Positions 1 through 13,882 of a stretch of DNA of 64,000 nucleotides are shown here, piece by piece. A program made the translations under genes and the position numbers. The stretch lies in the NCBI RefSeq assembly GCF_013167455.1, contig NZ_CP038328.1, one strand, 5' to 3'. The DNA is from Escherichia coli O157:H7 (GTDB taxonomy: Bacteria > Pseudomonadota > Gammaproteobacteria > Enterobacterales > Enterobacteriaceae). Each line of letters opens with the position of its first letter. Within the stretch, counting starts at the first letter, position 1. Under the pieces are notes generated by a model that did no database searches, had not been told where the DNA came from, and saw only the letters and a list, made by a program, of their open reading frames with translations.

Positions 1-10
1 GGAGTGACGG

Positions 11-3000
11 GTGAGGCGATTGCCGGGGATTTTACTGCTTACTGGAGCCGCGCTCGTTGTGATCGCTGCCCTGCTGGTTAGCGGCCTGCGTATTGCTTTA
101 CCGCATCTTGACGCCTGGCGTCCGGAAATCCTCAACAAAATAGAATCCGCGACTGGCATGCCGGTAGAAGCCAGTCAGCTCTCAGCCAGCTGGCAGAATT
201 TTGGCCCGACGCTTGAAGCGCACGACATCCGTGCAGAACTAAAGGATGGCGGCGAATTTTCGGTTAAACGCGTTACTCTGGCGCTGGATGTCTGGCAGAG
301 CCTGTTACATATGCGCTGGCAGTTTCGCGACCTCACTTTCTGGCAGCTGCGCTTTCGCACCAACACTCCTATCACCAGCGGTGGTAGCGATGACAGTCTG
401 GAAGCCAGTCACATCAGCGATCTGTTTCTTCGTCAATTTGACCATTTCGATCTCCGCGACAGTGAAGTCAGTTTCCTGACGCCATCCGGTCAGCGCGCCG
501 AGCTGGCGATCCCACAACTCACCTGGCTGAACGATCCACGTCGACACCGTGCGGAAGGCCTGGTAAGCCTCTCCAGCCTTACCGGACAGCACGGCGTGAT
601 GCAGGTGCGCATGGATTTGCGCGATGATGAGGGGTTGTTAAGCAATGGTCGCGTCTGGCTCCAGGCGGATGACATCGACCTGAAGCCGTGGCTCGGTAAA
701 TGGATGCAGGACAATATTGCGCTGGAAACGGCGCAGTTCTCCCTTGAAGGCTGGATGACGATCGACAAAGGCGATGTAACCGGCGGTGACGTCTGGCTGA
801 AACAGGGTGGTGCCAGCTGGTTGGGCGAGAAGGAAACGCATACGCTGTCGGTGGATAATCTGACCGCGCATATTACGCGTGAAAATCCGGGATGGCAGTT
901 CTCTATTCCCGATACACGGATCACGATGGACGGCAAACCCTGGCCGAGCGGAGCATTGACGCTGGCCTGGATACCGGAACAGGACGTTGGCGGCAAAGAC
1001 AATAAACGCAGTGACGAACTCCGGATTCGCGCCAGTAATCTGGAGCTGGCAGGCCTGGAGGGCATACGCCCGCTGGCCGCGAAACTTTCACCTGCACTGG
1101 GTGATGTTTGGCGCTCTACACAACCGAGCGGCAAGATTAACACTCTGGCGCTGGATATCCCGCTTCAGGCGGCAGACAAGACCCGTTTTCAGGCATCGTG
1201 GAGCGATCTGGCCTGGAAGCAATGGAAATTATTACCGGGTGCGGAACACTTCTCCGGGACGCTTTCCGGCAGCGTTGAAAATGGTTTGCTTACCGCGTCG
1301 ATGAAGCAGGCAAAGATGCCTTACGAAACGGTATTCCGTGCGCCACTGGAAATCGCCGACGGCCAGGCAACTATAAGCTGGCTGAACAATGACAAAGGTT
1401 TCCAGCTGGATGGGCGTAATATTGACGTTAAAGCCAAAGCCGTCCATGCGCGCGGCGGTTTTCGTTACCTGCAACCTGCTAACGATGAACCCTGGCTGGG
1501 TATTCTGGCTGGCATCAGTACCGATGATGGTTCACAAGCCTGGCGCTATTTCCCGGAAAACTTGATGGGTAAAGACCTGGTTGATTACTTAAGTGGCGCG
1601 ATTCAGGGCGGTGAAGCGGATAACGCGACGCTGGTTTATGGTGGCAATCCGCAACTCTTCCCCTATAAACACAACGAAGGTCAGTTTGAAGTGCTGGTGC
1701 CGCTGCGCAACGCGAAGTTTGCCTTCCAGCCGGACTGGCCTGCATTAACTAACCTTGGTATTGAACTGGACTTTATTAACGACGGTTTATGGATGAAAAC
1801 CGATGGCGTTAATCTGGGCGGCGTGCGCGCGAGTAATCTCACCGCAGTGATCCCTGACTACTCAAAAGAAAAACTGCTGATTGACGCTGACATTAAAGGT
1901 CCGGGTAAAGCCGTTGGCCCTTACTTTGATGAGACACCGCTGAAAGATTCTCTGGGTGCGACCCTGCAAGAACTCCAGCTCGACGGCGATGTGAATGCTC
2001 GCTTACATCTTGATATCCCGCTGAACGGCGAGCTGGTAACCGCGAAAGGTGAAGTGACGCTGCGTAATAACAGTCTGTTTATCAAACCACTCGACAGCAC
2101 CCTGAAAAATTTGAGCGGTAAATTCAGCTTTATCAATGGCGATCTGCAAAGTGAACCACTGACAGCAAGCTGGTTTAATCAGCCGTTGAACGTGGATTTT
2201 TCCACCAAAGAAGGGGCAAAAGCCTACCAGGTCGCGGTGAATCTCAACGGTAACTGGCAACCGGCGAAAACCGGCGTTCTGCCTGCAGCGGTGAACGAAG
2301 CATTGAGTGGCAGCGTGGCGTGGGATGGTAAAGTGGGCATTGTTCTGCCTTATCATGCTGGCGCGACGTATAACGTAGAGCTAAACGGCGATTTGAAGAA
2401 TGTGAGCAGTCACTTACCTTCACCGTTAGCCAAACCTGCGGGTGAACCACTGCCGGTAAACGTTAAGGTTGATGGCAATCTCAACAGCTTTGAATTAACC
2501 GGACAGGCTGGTGCGGATAATCATTTCAATAGCCGCTGGTTGCTCGGTCAAAAGCTGACGCTCGACCGTGCTATTTGGGCGGCAGACAGTAAAACGCTCC
2601 CGCCGTTGCCGGAACAAAGTGGTGTTGAACTCAATATGCCGCCGATGAATGGTGCCGAGTGGCTGGCCCTGTTTCAGAAAGGTGCGGCGGAGAGTGTCGG
2701 TGGTGCAGCGAGTTTCCCACAACACATAACGTTACGTACGCCTATGTTGTCGCTGGGAAATCAGCAATGGAATAACCTGAGTATTGTTTCGCAACCGACG
2801 GCAAATGGCACCCAGGTTGAGGCGCAGGGGCGTGAAATCAACGCCACGCTGGCGATGCGTAATAACGCGCCGTGGCTGGCGAATATCAAATATCTTTATT
2901 ACAACCCGAGCGTGGCGAAAACTCGTGGTGATTCAACGCCGTCATCACCTTTCCCGACAACGGAACGCATTAACTTCCGTGGCTGGTCGGACGCCCAAAT

Positions 3001-3811
3001 ACGATGCGCAGAGTGCTGGTTCTGGGGGCAAAAATTCGGGCGCATTGACAGTGATATCACCATTTCTGGCAATACATTAACGCTGACCAATGGACTGATT
3101 GATACTGGTTTTTCGCGGCTCACTGCCGATGGTGAATGGATTAACAATCCGGGGAATGAACGTACCTCGCTGAAAGGAAAACTGCGCGGGCAGAAAATTG
3201 ATGCCGCCGCAGAATTTTTTGGTGTCACGACGCCCATACGGCAGTCGTCATTTAATGTGGATTACGATTTACACTGGCGTAAAGCACCGTGGCAGCCAGA
3301 TGAGGCGACGTTGAATGGCATCATTCATACTCAACTGGGTAAAGGCGAAATTACCGAAATCAATACCGGACATGCCGGGCAATTGCTGCGCTTATTGAGC
3401 GTAGATGCCCTGATGCGTAAGCTGCGTTTTGATTTCAGAGACACTTTTGGCGAAGGGTTCTATTTTGACTCCATTCGCAGCACCGCGTGGATTAAAGACG
3501 GCGTTATGCACACCGACGACACGCTGGTGGATGGCCTGGAGGCGGATATCGCCATGAAAGGGTCGGTAAATCTGGTACGTCGCGACCTGAATATGGAAGC
3601 GGTTGTCGCACCAGAGATTTCTGCGACAGTGGGCGTGGCTGCGGCTTTTGCGGTTAACCCCATTGTTGGCGCGGCAGTGTTTGCCGCCAGTAAAGTGCTG
3701 GGGCCGCTGTGGAGCAAAGTCTCCATTTTGCGCTATCACATTTCGGGTCCGCTGGACGATCCGCAAATCAACGAAGTGTTGCGCCAACCGCGTAAAGAAA
3801 AAGCGCAATGA
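11..3811 (+). CDS. yhdP: AsmA-family inner-membrane protein YhdP
   Basis: 1266-aa ORF with GTG start; N-terminal TM helix (LLLTGAALVVIAALLVSGL) then long soluble body; sits upstream of tldD as in E. coli. Confidence 0.9.
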   Translation: MRRLPGILLLTGAALVVIAALLVSGLRIALPHLDAWRPEILNKIESATGMPVEASQLSASWQNFGPTLEAHDIRAELKDGGEFSVKRVTLALDVWQSLLHMRWQFRDLTFWQLRFRTNTPITSGGSDDSLEASHISDLFLRQFDHFDLRDSEVSFLTPSGQRAELAIPQLTWLNDPRRHRAEGLVSLSSLTGQHGVMQVRMDLRDDEGLLSNGRVWLQADDIDLKPWLGKWMQDNIALETAQFSLEGWMTIDKGDVTGGDVWLKQGGASWLGEKETHTLSVDNLTAHITRENPGWQFSIPDTRITMDGKPWPSGALTLAWIPEQDVGGKDNKRSDELRIRASNLELAGLEGIRPLAAKLSPALGDVWRSTQPSGKINTLALDIPLQAADKTRFQASWSDLAWKQWKLLPGAEHFSGTLSGSVENGLLTASMKQAKMPYETVFRAPLEIADGQATISWLNNDKGFQLDGRNIDVKAKAVHARGGFRYLQPANDEPWLGILAGISTDDGSQAWRYFPENLMGKDLVDYLSGAIQGGEADNATLVYGGNPQLFPYKHNEGQFEVLVPLRNAKFAFQPDWPALTNLGIELDFINDGLWMKTDGVNLGGVRASNLTAVIPDYSKEKLLIDADIKGPGKAVGPYFDETPLKDSLGATLQELQLDGDVNARLHLDIPLNGELVTAKGEVTLRNNSLFIKPLDSTLKNLSGKFSFINGDLQSEPLTASWFNQPLNVDFSTKEGAKAYQVAVNLNGNWQPAKTGVLPAAVNEALSGSVAWDGKVGIVLPYHAGATYNVELNGDLKNVSSHLPSPLAKPAGEPLPVNVKVDGNLNSFELTGQAGADNHFNSRWLLGQKLTLDRAIWAADSKTLPPLPEQSGVELNMPPMNGAEWLALFQKGAAESVGGAASFPQHITLRTPMLSLGNQQWNNLSIVSQPTANGTQVEAQGREINATLAMRNNAPWLANIKYLYYNPSVAKTRGDSTPSSPFPTTERINFRGWSDAQIRCAECWFWGQKFGRIDSDITISGNTLTLTNGLIDTGFSRLTADGEWINNPGNERTSLKGKLRGQKIDAAAEFFGVTTPIRQSSFNVDYDLHWRKAPWQPDEATLNGIIHTQLGKGEITEINTGHAGQLLRLLSVDALMRKLRFDFRDTFGEGFYFDSIRSTAWIKDGVMHTDDTLVDGLEADIAMKGSVNLVRRDLNMEAVVAPEISATVGVAAAFAVNPIVGAAVFAASKVLGPLWSKVSILRYHISGPLDDPQINEVLRQPRKEKAQ

Positions 3812-3886
3812 TTTGACGAGGGCGCGTAATTGCCCCAATCTCATAGGATAATCGTTGCCAAAGGCCAACGAGCCAGAACATAACCG

Positions 3887-3922
3887 TAGGCTGGATAGGG
3901 CGTTCACGCCGCATCCGGCAGC
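3887..3922. repeat. REP (repetitive extragenic palindromic) unit in the yhdP-tldD spacer
   Basis: gtaggctggatagggcgttcacgccgcatccggcagc is the reverse complement of the canonical REP core GCCGGATGCGGCGTGAACGCC..TATCC.GCCTAC. Confidence 0.75.
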
Positions 3923-3951
3923 CGTAAAAAATCCTCTACTGCAGTAACTAA

Positions 3952-5412
<1,461 letters not shown>

Positions 5413-5464
5413 TAATTTCAGTATTTTCAGAAGGATAATTAATCCTTCCTCGTGCACGAACGGT

Positions 5465-5501
5465 CCCCTCGCCCCTTTGGGGAGAGGGTTAGGGTGAGGG
5501 G
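5465..5501. repeat. GC-rich palindromic intergenic repeat, copy 1
   Basis: cccctcgcccctttggggagagggttagggtgagggg between convergent tldD and aaeR; the core CCCCTCGC..GCCCCT..GGTGAGGGGA recurs at 23306-23337. Confidence 0.55.
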
Positions 5502-5545
5502 AACCCGTTGGCACAGGTTTGTACAACGTAACAGTACAATATGAA

Positions 5546-6475
5546 TTACTTCTCTTTCCCGCGCCCGTGCATCTCCTGAAACAATTTACCGACCTCAACA
5601 AAATAATCCGTCAGCGAGTTGATCACGACCTGTACCTTCAGCGGCAGCTTATCTTTTTCGGTATATAACGCATAAACCGGGCGTGGATCTGACTGATAAC
5701 GCGGCAGCAGGATCTCCAGCTCCCCACGATTGATCTCGTTGATCACCCACATCAGCGGCACGTAGGCGATCCCGGCACCCGCCGTTAGCCAGCGCACCAG
5801 CGTCATCGGATCATTAGTCACAAATCTCCCTTGCGGGATCAGGCGAGTCGAGATCCCTTCCGGTGCAATCAGTTCAAATTCATTGTCGGGCCGCACGCTG
5901 TATTCAAGCCATGAATGGCTACTTAAATCGGCGGGTTTTTCCGGTATGCCGTATTGTGTGAGATAGCTTTTCGCGGCGCACACCACCATTGGCATCGCGC
6001 CAAGACGGCGGGAAAACAGGCTGGAATCCTGCAACGCGCCGACGCGGATCACCACATCCAGACCGTCGGCAATCAGGTCGGGGGCTGGAATTCCGGTAAC
6101 CAGATTGACGCTCAAACCTGGGTATTCTTTCAGCATTTTGGCTGTCAGCCCGGCGAGAACATTTTGTGCCATAGTTGAAGAACAGCCAATGCGTAGCGTC
6201 CCGATGGGGGTGTTATTGAAGGCATACAGTTGCTCATGAACATCCTGCACTTCATGAAGCATACGACGGCAGCCCTGGTAGTAAATTCTACCGGCTTCGG
6301 TCAGGCCAATGCTGCGTGTGCTACGGTTTAACAGCTTTACCTGCAACTCATCTTCCAGTTTTGACACCGTCTGACTGATGGACGAAACGCTCATCTGTAG
6401 CTGTCTGGCGGCGGCGGTAAAAGAGCCAAATTCAACTACTTTGGCAAACACCGACATGCGTTTTAGTCGTTCCAT
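5546..6475 (-). CDS. aaeR: LysR-family transcriptional regulator AaeR
   Basis: 309-aa ORF; N-terminal wHTH (FTAAARQLQMSVSSISQTVSKLE); divergent from aaeXAB. Confidence 0.9.
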   Translation of the reverse strand: MERLKRMSVFAKVVEFGSFTAAARQLQMSVSSISQTVSKLEDELQVKLLNRSTRSIGLTEAGRIYYQGCRRMLHEVQDVHEQLYAFNNTPIGTLRIGCSSTMAQNVLAGLTAKMLKEYPGLSVNLVTGIPAPDLIADGLDVVIRVGALQDSSLFSRRLGAMPMVVCAAKSYLTQYGIPEKPADLSSHSWLEYSVRPDNEFELIAPEGISTRLIPQGRFVTNDPMTLVRWLTAGAGIAYVPLMWVINEINRGELEILLPRYQSDPRPVYALYTEKDKLPLKVQVVINSLTDYFVEVGKLFQEMHGRGKEK

Positions 6476-6657
6476 TATTCACTCTGACTTAAAAGTGATT
6501 TAGATCACATAATATAGATAACAGCATAACAGTTACGCTAATATATTAAATATCAATCTACAGCAATGTTGCTCTCGCCCGGCTTTCCATGCCCTTCTCT
6601 GCGGCGACAGATGCTGAAAATAATAACGCCTGCTCTCTCTATACAACCAAGGTCAAC

Positions 6658-6861
6658 ATGAGTCTGTTTCCCGTTATCGTGGTGTTTGGGCTGTCCTTCC
6701 CACCGATATTTTTTGAATTGCTTTTATCACTGGCGATTTTCTGGCTGGTGTGCCGGGTACTTGTGCCAACAGGTATCTACGACTTTGTCTGGCATCCGGC
6801 GTTGTTCAACACCGCGCTCTATTGCTGCTTGTTTTATTTGATATCGCGACTGTTCGTTTGA
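6658..6861 (+). CDS. aaeX: Small membrane protein AaeX
   Basis: 67-aa hydrophobic protein ending 7 nt before aaeA; ATG at 6658 chosen over upstream in-frame ATG at 6589. Confidence 0.8.
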   Translation: MSLFPVIVVFGLSFPPIFFELLLSLAIFWLVCRVLVPTGIYDFVWHPALFNTALYCCLFYLISRLFV

Positions 6862-6868
6862 GGTTGAA

Positions 6869-7798
6869 GTGAAAACACTAATAAGAAAATTCTCCCGTAC
6901 GGCCATCACGGTCGTATTAGTCATTCTGGCCTTCATCGCAATTTTTAATGCCTGGGTCTATTACACCGAATCCCCCTGGACGCGTGACGCGCGCTTTAGC
7001 GCTGACGTCGTTGCGATCGCGCCGGACGTTTCTGGACTCATTACCCAGGTGAATGTTCATAACCAGCTGGTGAAAAAAGGACAGGTTCTGTTCACCATCG
7101 ACCAGCCGCGCTATCAAAAGGCGCTTGAGGAAGCGCAAGCCGATGTTGCTTATTATCAGGTACTGGCACAGGAGAAACGCCAGGAGGCCGGACGTCGTAA
7201 CCGTCTCGGTGTGCAGGCGATGTCTCGCGAAGAGATCGACCAGGCCAACAACGTACTACAAACGGTTCTGCATCAGTTAGCGAAAGCGCAGGCGACCCGC
7301 GATCTGGCAAAACTGGATCTTGAACGCACGGTGATCCGCGCGCCAGCAGATGGCTGGGTGACCAACCTCAACGTCTATACCGGTGAGTTTATTACTCGTG
7401 GATCAACGGCGGTTGCGCTGGTGAAACAGAACTCTTTCTATGTACTGGCCTATATGGAAGAAACTAAGCTGGAAGGGGTGCGCCCTGGGTATCGTGCAGA
7501 GATCACGCCGCTTGGCAGTAACAAAGTGCTGAAAGGGACTGTTGATAGTGTTGCCGCTGGGGTCACCAACGCCAGCAGCACGCGTGACGACAAAGGGATG
7601 GCGACCATCGACTCTAACCTTGAATGGGTGCGTTTGGCGCAACGTGTTCCGGTTCGTATTCGTCTCGACAACCAGCAAGAGAACATCTGGCCTGCGGGCA
7701 CCACTGCTACAGTGGTGGTCACTGGCAAACAAGATCGCGACGAAAGCCAGGATTCGTTCTTCCGTAAAATGGCCCATCGCCTGCGTGAGTTTGGTTAA
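6869..7798 (+). CDS. aaeA: p-Hydroxybenzoic acid efflux pump, membrane-fusion subunit AaeA
   Basis: 309-aa ORF with GTG start; single N-terminal TM then HlyD-like body; aaeB starts 5 nt after its stop. Confidence 0.9.
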
Positions 7799-7803
7799 TC
7801 ACG

Positions 7804-9771
7804 ATGGATATTTTCTCCATTGCTAACCAACATATTCGCTTTGCGGTAAAACTGGCGACCGCCATTGTACTGGCGCTGTTTGTTGGCTTTCACTTCCAGC
7901 TGGAAACGCCACGCTGGGCGGTACTGACAGCGGCGATTGTTGCCGCCGGTCCGGCCTTTGCTGCGGGAGGTGAACCGTATTCTGGCGCTATTCGCTATCG
8001 TGGCTTTTTGCGCATCATCGGCACATTTATTGGCTGTATTGCCGGACTGGTGATCATCATTGCGATGATCCGCGCACCATTATTGATGATTCTGGTGTGC
8101 TGTATCTGGGCCGGTTTTTGTACCTGGATATCCTCGCTGGTACGAATAGAAAACTCGTATGCGTGGGGGCTGGCCGGTTATACCGCGCTGATCATTGTGA
8201 TCACCATTCAGCCGGAACCATTGCTTACGCCGCAGTTTGCCGTCGAACGTTGTAGCGAGATCGTTATCGGTATTGTGTGTGCGATTATGGCGGATTTGCT
8301 CTTTTCTCCGCGATCGATCAAACAAGAAGTGGATCGAGAGCTGGAAAGTTTGCTGGTCGCGCAATATCAATTAATGCAACTCTGTATCAAGCATGGCGAT
8401 GGTGAAGTTGTCGATAAAGCCTGGGGCGACCTGGTGCGACGCACCACGGCGCTACAAGGCATGCGCAGCAACCTGAATATGGAATCTTCCCGCTGGGCGC
8501 GGGCCAATCGACGTTTAAAAGCGATCAATACGCTATCGCTGACGCTGATTACCCAATCCTGCGAAACTTATCTTATTCAGAATACGCGCCCGGAATTGAT
8601 CACTGATACTTTCCGCGAATTTTTTGACACGCCGGTAGAAACCGCGCAGGACGTCCACAAGCAGCTCAAACGCCTGCGAAGAGTTATCGCCTGGACCGGG
8701 GAACGGGAAACGCCTGTCACCATTTATAGCTGGGTCGCGGCGGCAACGCGTTATCAGCTTCTCAAGCGCGGCGTTATCAGTAACACAAAAATCAACGCCA
8801 CCGAAGAAGAGATCCTGCAAGGCGAACCGGAAGTCAAAGTAGAGTCAGCCGAACGTCATCATGCGATGGTTAACTTCTGGCGAACCACACTTTCCTGCAT
8901 TCTGGGAACGCTTTTCTGGCTGTGGACGGGCTGGACTTCCGGCAGTGGTGCAATGGTGATGATTGCGGTCGTGACGTCACTGGCAATGCGTTTGCCGAAT
9001 CCACGCATGGTGGCGATCGACTTTATCTACGGGACGCTGGCCGCGCTGCCGTTAGGGCTGCTCTACTTTTTGGTGATTATCCCTAATACCCAACAGAGCA
9101 TGTTGCTGCTGTGTATTAGCCTGGCAGTGCTGGGATTCTTCCTCGGAATAGAAGTACAGAAACGGCGACTGGGCTCGATGGGGGCGCTGGCCAGCACCAT
9201 AAATATTATCGTGCTGGATAACCCGATGACTTTCCATTTCAGTCAGTTTCTCGACAGCGCATTAGGGCAAATCGTCGGCTGTGTGCTCGCGTTCACCGTT
9301 ATTTTGCTGGTGCGGGATAAATCGCGCGACAGGACTGGACGTGTACTGCTTAATCAGTTTGTTTCTGCCGCTGTTTCCGCGATGACTACCAATGTGGCAC
9401 GTCGTAAAGAGAACCACCTCCCGGCACTTTATCAGCAGCTGTTTTTGCTGATGAATAAGTTCCCAGGGGATTTGCCGAAATTTCGCCTGGCGCTGACGAT
9501 GATTATCGCCCACCAGCGCCTGCGTGATGCGCCGATCCCGGTTAACGAGGATTTATCGGCGTTTCACCGACAAATGCGCCGCACAGCAGACCATGTGATA
9601 TCTGCCCGTAGCGATGATAAACGTCGTCGGTACTTTGGTCAGTTGCTGGAAGAACTGGAAATCTACCAGGAAAAGCTATGCATCTGGCAAGCGCCACCGC
9701 AGGTGACGGAACCGGTTCATCGGCTGGCGGGGATGCTCCATAAGTATCAACATGCGTTGACCGATAGTTAA
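7804..9771 (+). CDS. aaeB: p-Hydroxybenzoic acid efflux pump subunit AaeB
   Basis: 655-aa multi-TM protein directly downstream of aaeA. Confidence 0.9.
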   Translation: MDIFSIANQHIRFAVKLATAIVLALFVGFHFQLETPRWAVLTAAIVAAGPAFAAGGEPYSGAIRYRGFLRIIGTFIGCIAGLVIIIAMIRAPLLMILVCCIWAGFCTWISSLVRIENSYAWGLAGYTALIIVITIQPEPLLTPQFAVERCSEIVIGIVCAIMADLLFSPRSIKQEVDRELESLLVAQYQLMQLCIKHGDGEVVDKAWGDLVRRTTALQGMRSNLNMESSRWARANRRLKAINTLSLTLITQSCETYLIQNTRPELITDTFREFFDTPVETAQDVHKQLKRLRRVIAWTGERETPVTIYSWVAAATRYQLLKRGVISNTKINATEEEILQGEPEVKVESAERHHAMVNFWRTTLSCILGTLFWLWTGWTSGSGAMVMIAVVTSLAMRLPNPRMVAIDFIYGTLAALPLGLLYFLVIIPNTQQSMLLLCISLAVLGFFLGIEVQKRRLGSMGALASTINIIVLDNPMTFHFSQFLDSALGQIVGCVLAFTVILLVRDKSRDRTGRVLLNQFVSAAVSAMTTNVARRKENHLPALYQQLFLLMNKFPGDLPKFRLALTMIIAHQRLRDAPIPVNEDLSAFHRQMRRTADHVISARSDDKRRRYFGQLLEELEIYQEKLCIWQAPPQVTEPVHRLAGMLHKYQHALTDS

Positions 9772-9784
9772 GTCAAAACCGACG

Positions 9785-9814
9785 CCAAAAGCGTCGGTTT
9801 TTTCATGGCTATAC
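9785..9814 (+). terminator. Intrinsic terminator after aaeB
   Basis: hairpin ccgacgc-caaaa-gcgtcgg followed by TTTTTT. Confidence 0.75.
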
Positions 9815-9862
9815 TTAGCGATGCACGGCAGAACTCGCCGCGAAACGTGACGGTGGCAACAG

Positions 9863-10135
9863 ATGAATATTTATACCTTTGATTTTGATGAGATTGAGAG
9901 TCAGGAGGATTTTTATCGTGACTTTAGCCAAACCTTTGGTCTGGCGAAAGATAAGGTACGCGATCTCGACTCACTATGGGATGTGTTAATGAACGATGTC
10001 CTGCCGCTACCACTTGAGATTGAATTTGTTCATCTGGGAGAGAAAACGCGTCGCCGTTTTGGCGCGTTAATATTGCTGTTTGATGAGGCAGAGGAAGAGC
10101 TGGAAGGGCATTTGCGTTTTAATGTTCGTCATTAG
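9863..10135 (+). CDS. yhcO: Barstar-like ribonuclease-inhibitor family protein YhcO
   Basis: 90-aa acidic protein ([21 protein letters not shown]...) recognised as YhcO; no barnase-like partner ORF nearby. Confidence 0.8.
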   Translation: MNIYTFDFDEIESQEDFYRDFSQTFGLAKDKVRDLDSLWDVLMNDVLPLPLEIEFVHLGEKTRRRFGALILLFDEAEEELEGHLRFNVRH

Positions 10136-10136
10136 C

Positions 10137-10163
10137 GCAAAAAAAAGCCCCCGAACCGGGGGC
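10137..10163 (-). terminator. Intrinsic terminator after yhcN, in the yhcO/yhcN convergent spacer
   Basis: hairpin gcccccgaaccgggggc with an A-run on the plus strand, which is a U-run for the minus-strand transcript. Confidence 0.7.
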
Positions 10164-10190
10164 AATATCGTCGGACAAGACGATGAGGGT

Positions 10191-10454
10191 TTATTTGTAC
10201 AGTTCAGCCGTAGCGTGCCAGGTGTCACCGCTACGAGCTTCAGTAATCTGGTAGGCCGTTGCGCCTTTCTCTTCCGCTTTTTTGTTCAGCATTTCACGCA
10301 TATCCATTGGCGAAGACGCCACACCACTTACGGATACGGTCCCGATTGCTTCACGATTTTGTGCTTGTGCAGCATCAATGGAGTCGGCAGCGAATGCACC
10401 GAAAGAGAGAACAGAAAGTACGCTTAATGCAGCAACAGTGGTTTTGATTTTCAT
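10191..10454 (-). CDS. yhcN: Small secreted stress protein YhcN (DUF1471, BhsA/McbA family)
   Basis: 87 aa; signal peptide MKIKTTVAALSVLSVLSFGAFA; start trimmed to ATG at 10454. Confidence 0.8.
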   Translation of the reverse strand: MKIKTTVAALSVLSVLSFGAFAADSIDAAQAQNREAIGTVSVSGVASSPMDMREMLNKKAEEKGATAYQITEARSGDTWHATAELYK

Positions 10455-10818
10455 GATTTTTACCTCGACATAATCTTTTAGCTGGGCCTTTGTTTCGTGA
10501 CCCATATCACAAAATCAAGTATACACTAATTATTGAGCTAATTAATACCGCGCTAACTGTTTCAGTTGATACTAAGTGTTAAAAATGTGAATTTTAATAA
10601 CAAAAAAGAATTAAAAATACGGTTATTTATCGTTAATTCTAGTTTTTTCAATTAGATAATGAATTTTGCATAATGTGCTTTTTTTACCTTATGTATTCAT
10701 TGTGTGAATGACATGTCGCAGTAAAACGCACTATTCGTTAAATTAATCGCAGGGGAAAGCAGGGGGTTGAGAGGGATAAGCAACATTTTCCCCGCCGCCA
10801 GAAGCGACGGGGCAGAGA

Positions 10819-11292
<474 letters not shown>

Positions 11293-11311
11293 TCACCCGA
11301 TATGGTGGTTG

Positions 11312-11351
11312 ATACAACATTATTGTGCATACAGATGAATTTTTATGCAAA
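11312..11351 (-). promoter_or_regulatory. Tandem ARG boxes (ArgR autoregulation) upstream of argR
   Basis: minus-strand TTTGCATAAAAATTCATCTGTATGCACAATAATGTTGTAT, two 18-bp ARG-box-like palindromes starting 23 bp upstream of the argR start. Confidence 0.6.
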
Positions 11352-11648
11352 CAGTCAGCCCTGAAGAAGGCTGAAATAATGTTATGAAAGAGCGGGATTT
11401 TATCAAATTTCGTTATTGAGAAATATGCCTGCGTCACGGCATGCAAATTCTGCTTAAAAGTAAATTAATTGTTATCAAATTGATGTTGTTTTGGCTGAAC
11501 GGTAGGGTATATTGTCACCACCTGTTGGAATGTTGCGCTAATGCATAAGCGATTGTTAATTACGTAACTTAGGTTCCTGATTACGGCAATTAAATGCATA
11601 AACGCTAAACTTGCGTGACTACACATTCTTGAGATGTGGTCATTGTAA

Positions 11649-12662
<1,014 letters not shown>

Positions 12663-12677
12663 TTGATTAGCGGATAA

Positions 12678-12709
12678 TAAAAAACCGGAGCACAGACTCC
12701 GGTTTTTTT
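12678..12709. terminator. Bidirectional intrinsic terminator between mdh and degS
   Basis: hairpin ccggagcacagactccgg flanked by an A-run and a T-run. Confidence 0.8.
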
Positions 12710-12725
12710 GTCTTTCACGCTGGCC

Positions 12726-13793
12726 TTAATTGGTTGCCGGATATTCCTGAATGGTGACCTGCAGCGTTAACTGCTTATCATCACGCATCACTACAACCGG
12801 GATCACCGAACCAGGGCGAATTTCTGCCACCTGATCCATCGTCTCCAGAGCAGAGATGGCCGGTTTGTTATCCACCGAAATAATCAGATCGTTGACCTGA
12901 ATACCCGCATTCGCCGCCGGGCCGTCAGGTGACACTTCATTAACCACGATCCCTTGCAGTTGATCTATACCACCGCCCTGCGCGTGCAGTGGTGCGATCT
13001 CGCGTCCGCCGATACCAATGTAGCCGCGGATCACGCGACCATCGCGGATCAGCTTATCCATAATTTTGGTTGCTAACTGGAAAGGAATCGCAAAGCCGAT
13101 ACCTTCCGGCGTTTCGCCATCGTTACTCTTATCAAACGACAGCGTGTTAATGCCCATCAGTTCGCCCAGCGAGTTCACCAGCGCGCCGCCAGAGTTACCG
13201 TGGTTAATGGAAGCATCGGTTTGTAGGAAGTTTTGCCGCCCGGTCGGGTTCAGACCGATTCGACCCGTAGCACTAATAATCCCCTGGGTAATGGTCTGCC
13301 CGAGGTTGTACGGGTTACCGATCGCCAGTACCACGTCGCCAATGTGCGGTACGCGACGTGCATTAATTGGAATGGTAGGTAAACCGCCAGTGGCATTAAT
13401 TTTAAGTACCGCCAGATCGGTTAGAGAGTCAGATCCCACCAGCAATGCTTCAAATACACGTCCATCCTGTAAGGCGACGATGATCTGATCGGCGTCGTTG
13501 ATGACGTGTTTATTGGTGATGATATAACCGCGTTGATCCATGATTACACCGGATCCCAGGGTGCGGATCTCAAGCTGGTTGTGAGAGTTGGTGTTCAAAC
13601 CACGGTTGTAAACGTTAACCACCGCTGGCGCGGCGCGGCGAACCGCCAGATTATAACTGGCAGGCGTCTCATCGGTACTGTCAAATTGCGGAGTGGAAAG
13701 CGGGTTAAGGCTGCGCAGCGAAGGCATGGCAACCAGCAGAATAGCGCCGACAATTAATCCAATCGCAACGGAACGTAAGAGCTTCACAAACAT
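12726..13793 (-). CDS. degS: Serine endoprotease DegS (sigma-E stress sensor)
   Basis: 355 aa; N-terminal TM anchor; HtrA-type catalytic GNSGGAL; single PDZ. Confidence 0.95.
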   Translation of the reverse strand: MFVKLLRSVAIGLIVGAILLVAMPSLRSLNPLSTPQFDSTDETPASYNLAVRRAAPAVVNVYNRGLNTNSHNQLEIRTLGSGVIMDQRGYIITNKHVINDADQIIVALQDGRVFEALLVGSDSLTDLAVLKINATGGLPTIPINARRVPHIGDVVLAIGNPYNLGQTITQGIISATGRIGLNPTGRQNFLQTDASINHGNSGGALVNSLGELMGINTLSFDKSNDGETPEGIGFAIPFQLATKIMDKLIRDGRVIRGYIGIGGREIAPLHAQGGGIDQLQGIVVNEVSPDGPAANAGIQVNDLIISVDNKPAISALETMDQVAEIRPGSVIPVVVMRDDKQLTLQVTIQEYPATN

Positions 13794-13882
13794 GATGGAG
13801 GCGTCATTAAAAAAGGGAACGGCAGCAGCATACCACGAGTTAACCGGACATCACACGTCAGCCTGATGCCCGGTTTACGACA

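Noticed and set aside
490-1143. 217-aa minus-strand ORF
   Set aside because: Antisense within yhdP; Ser/Pro/Arg-rich low-complexity translation.
10455-10818. AT-rich 360-bp spacer between argR and yhcN as a possible sRNA or small-ORF locus
   Set aside because: No terminator-like 3' structure or RBS-preceded ORF was evident; most simply the yhcN promoter/leader region.
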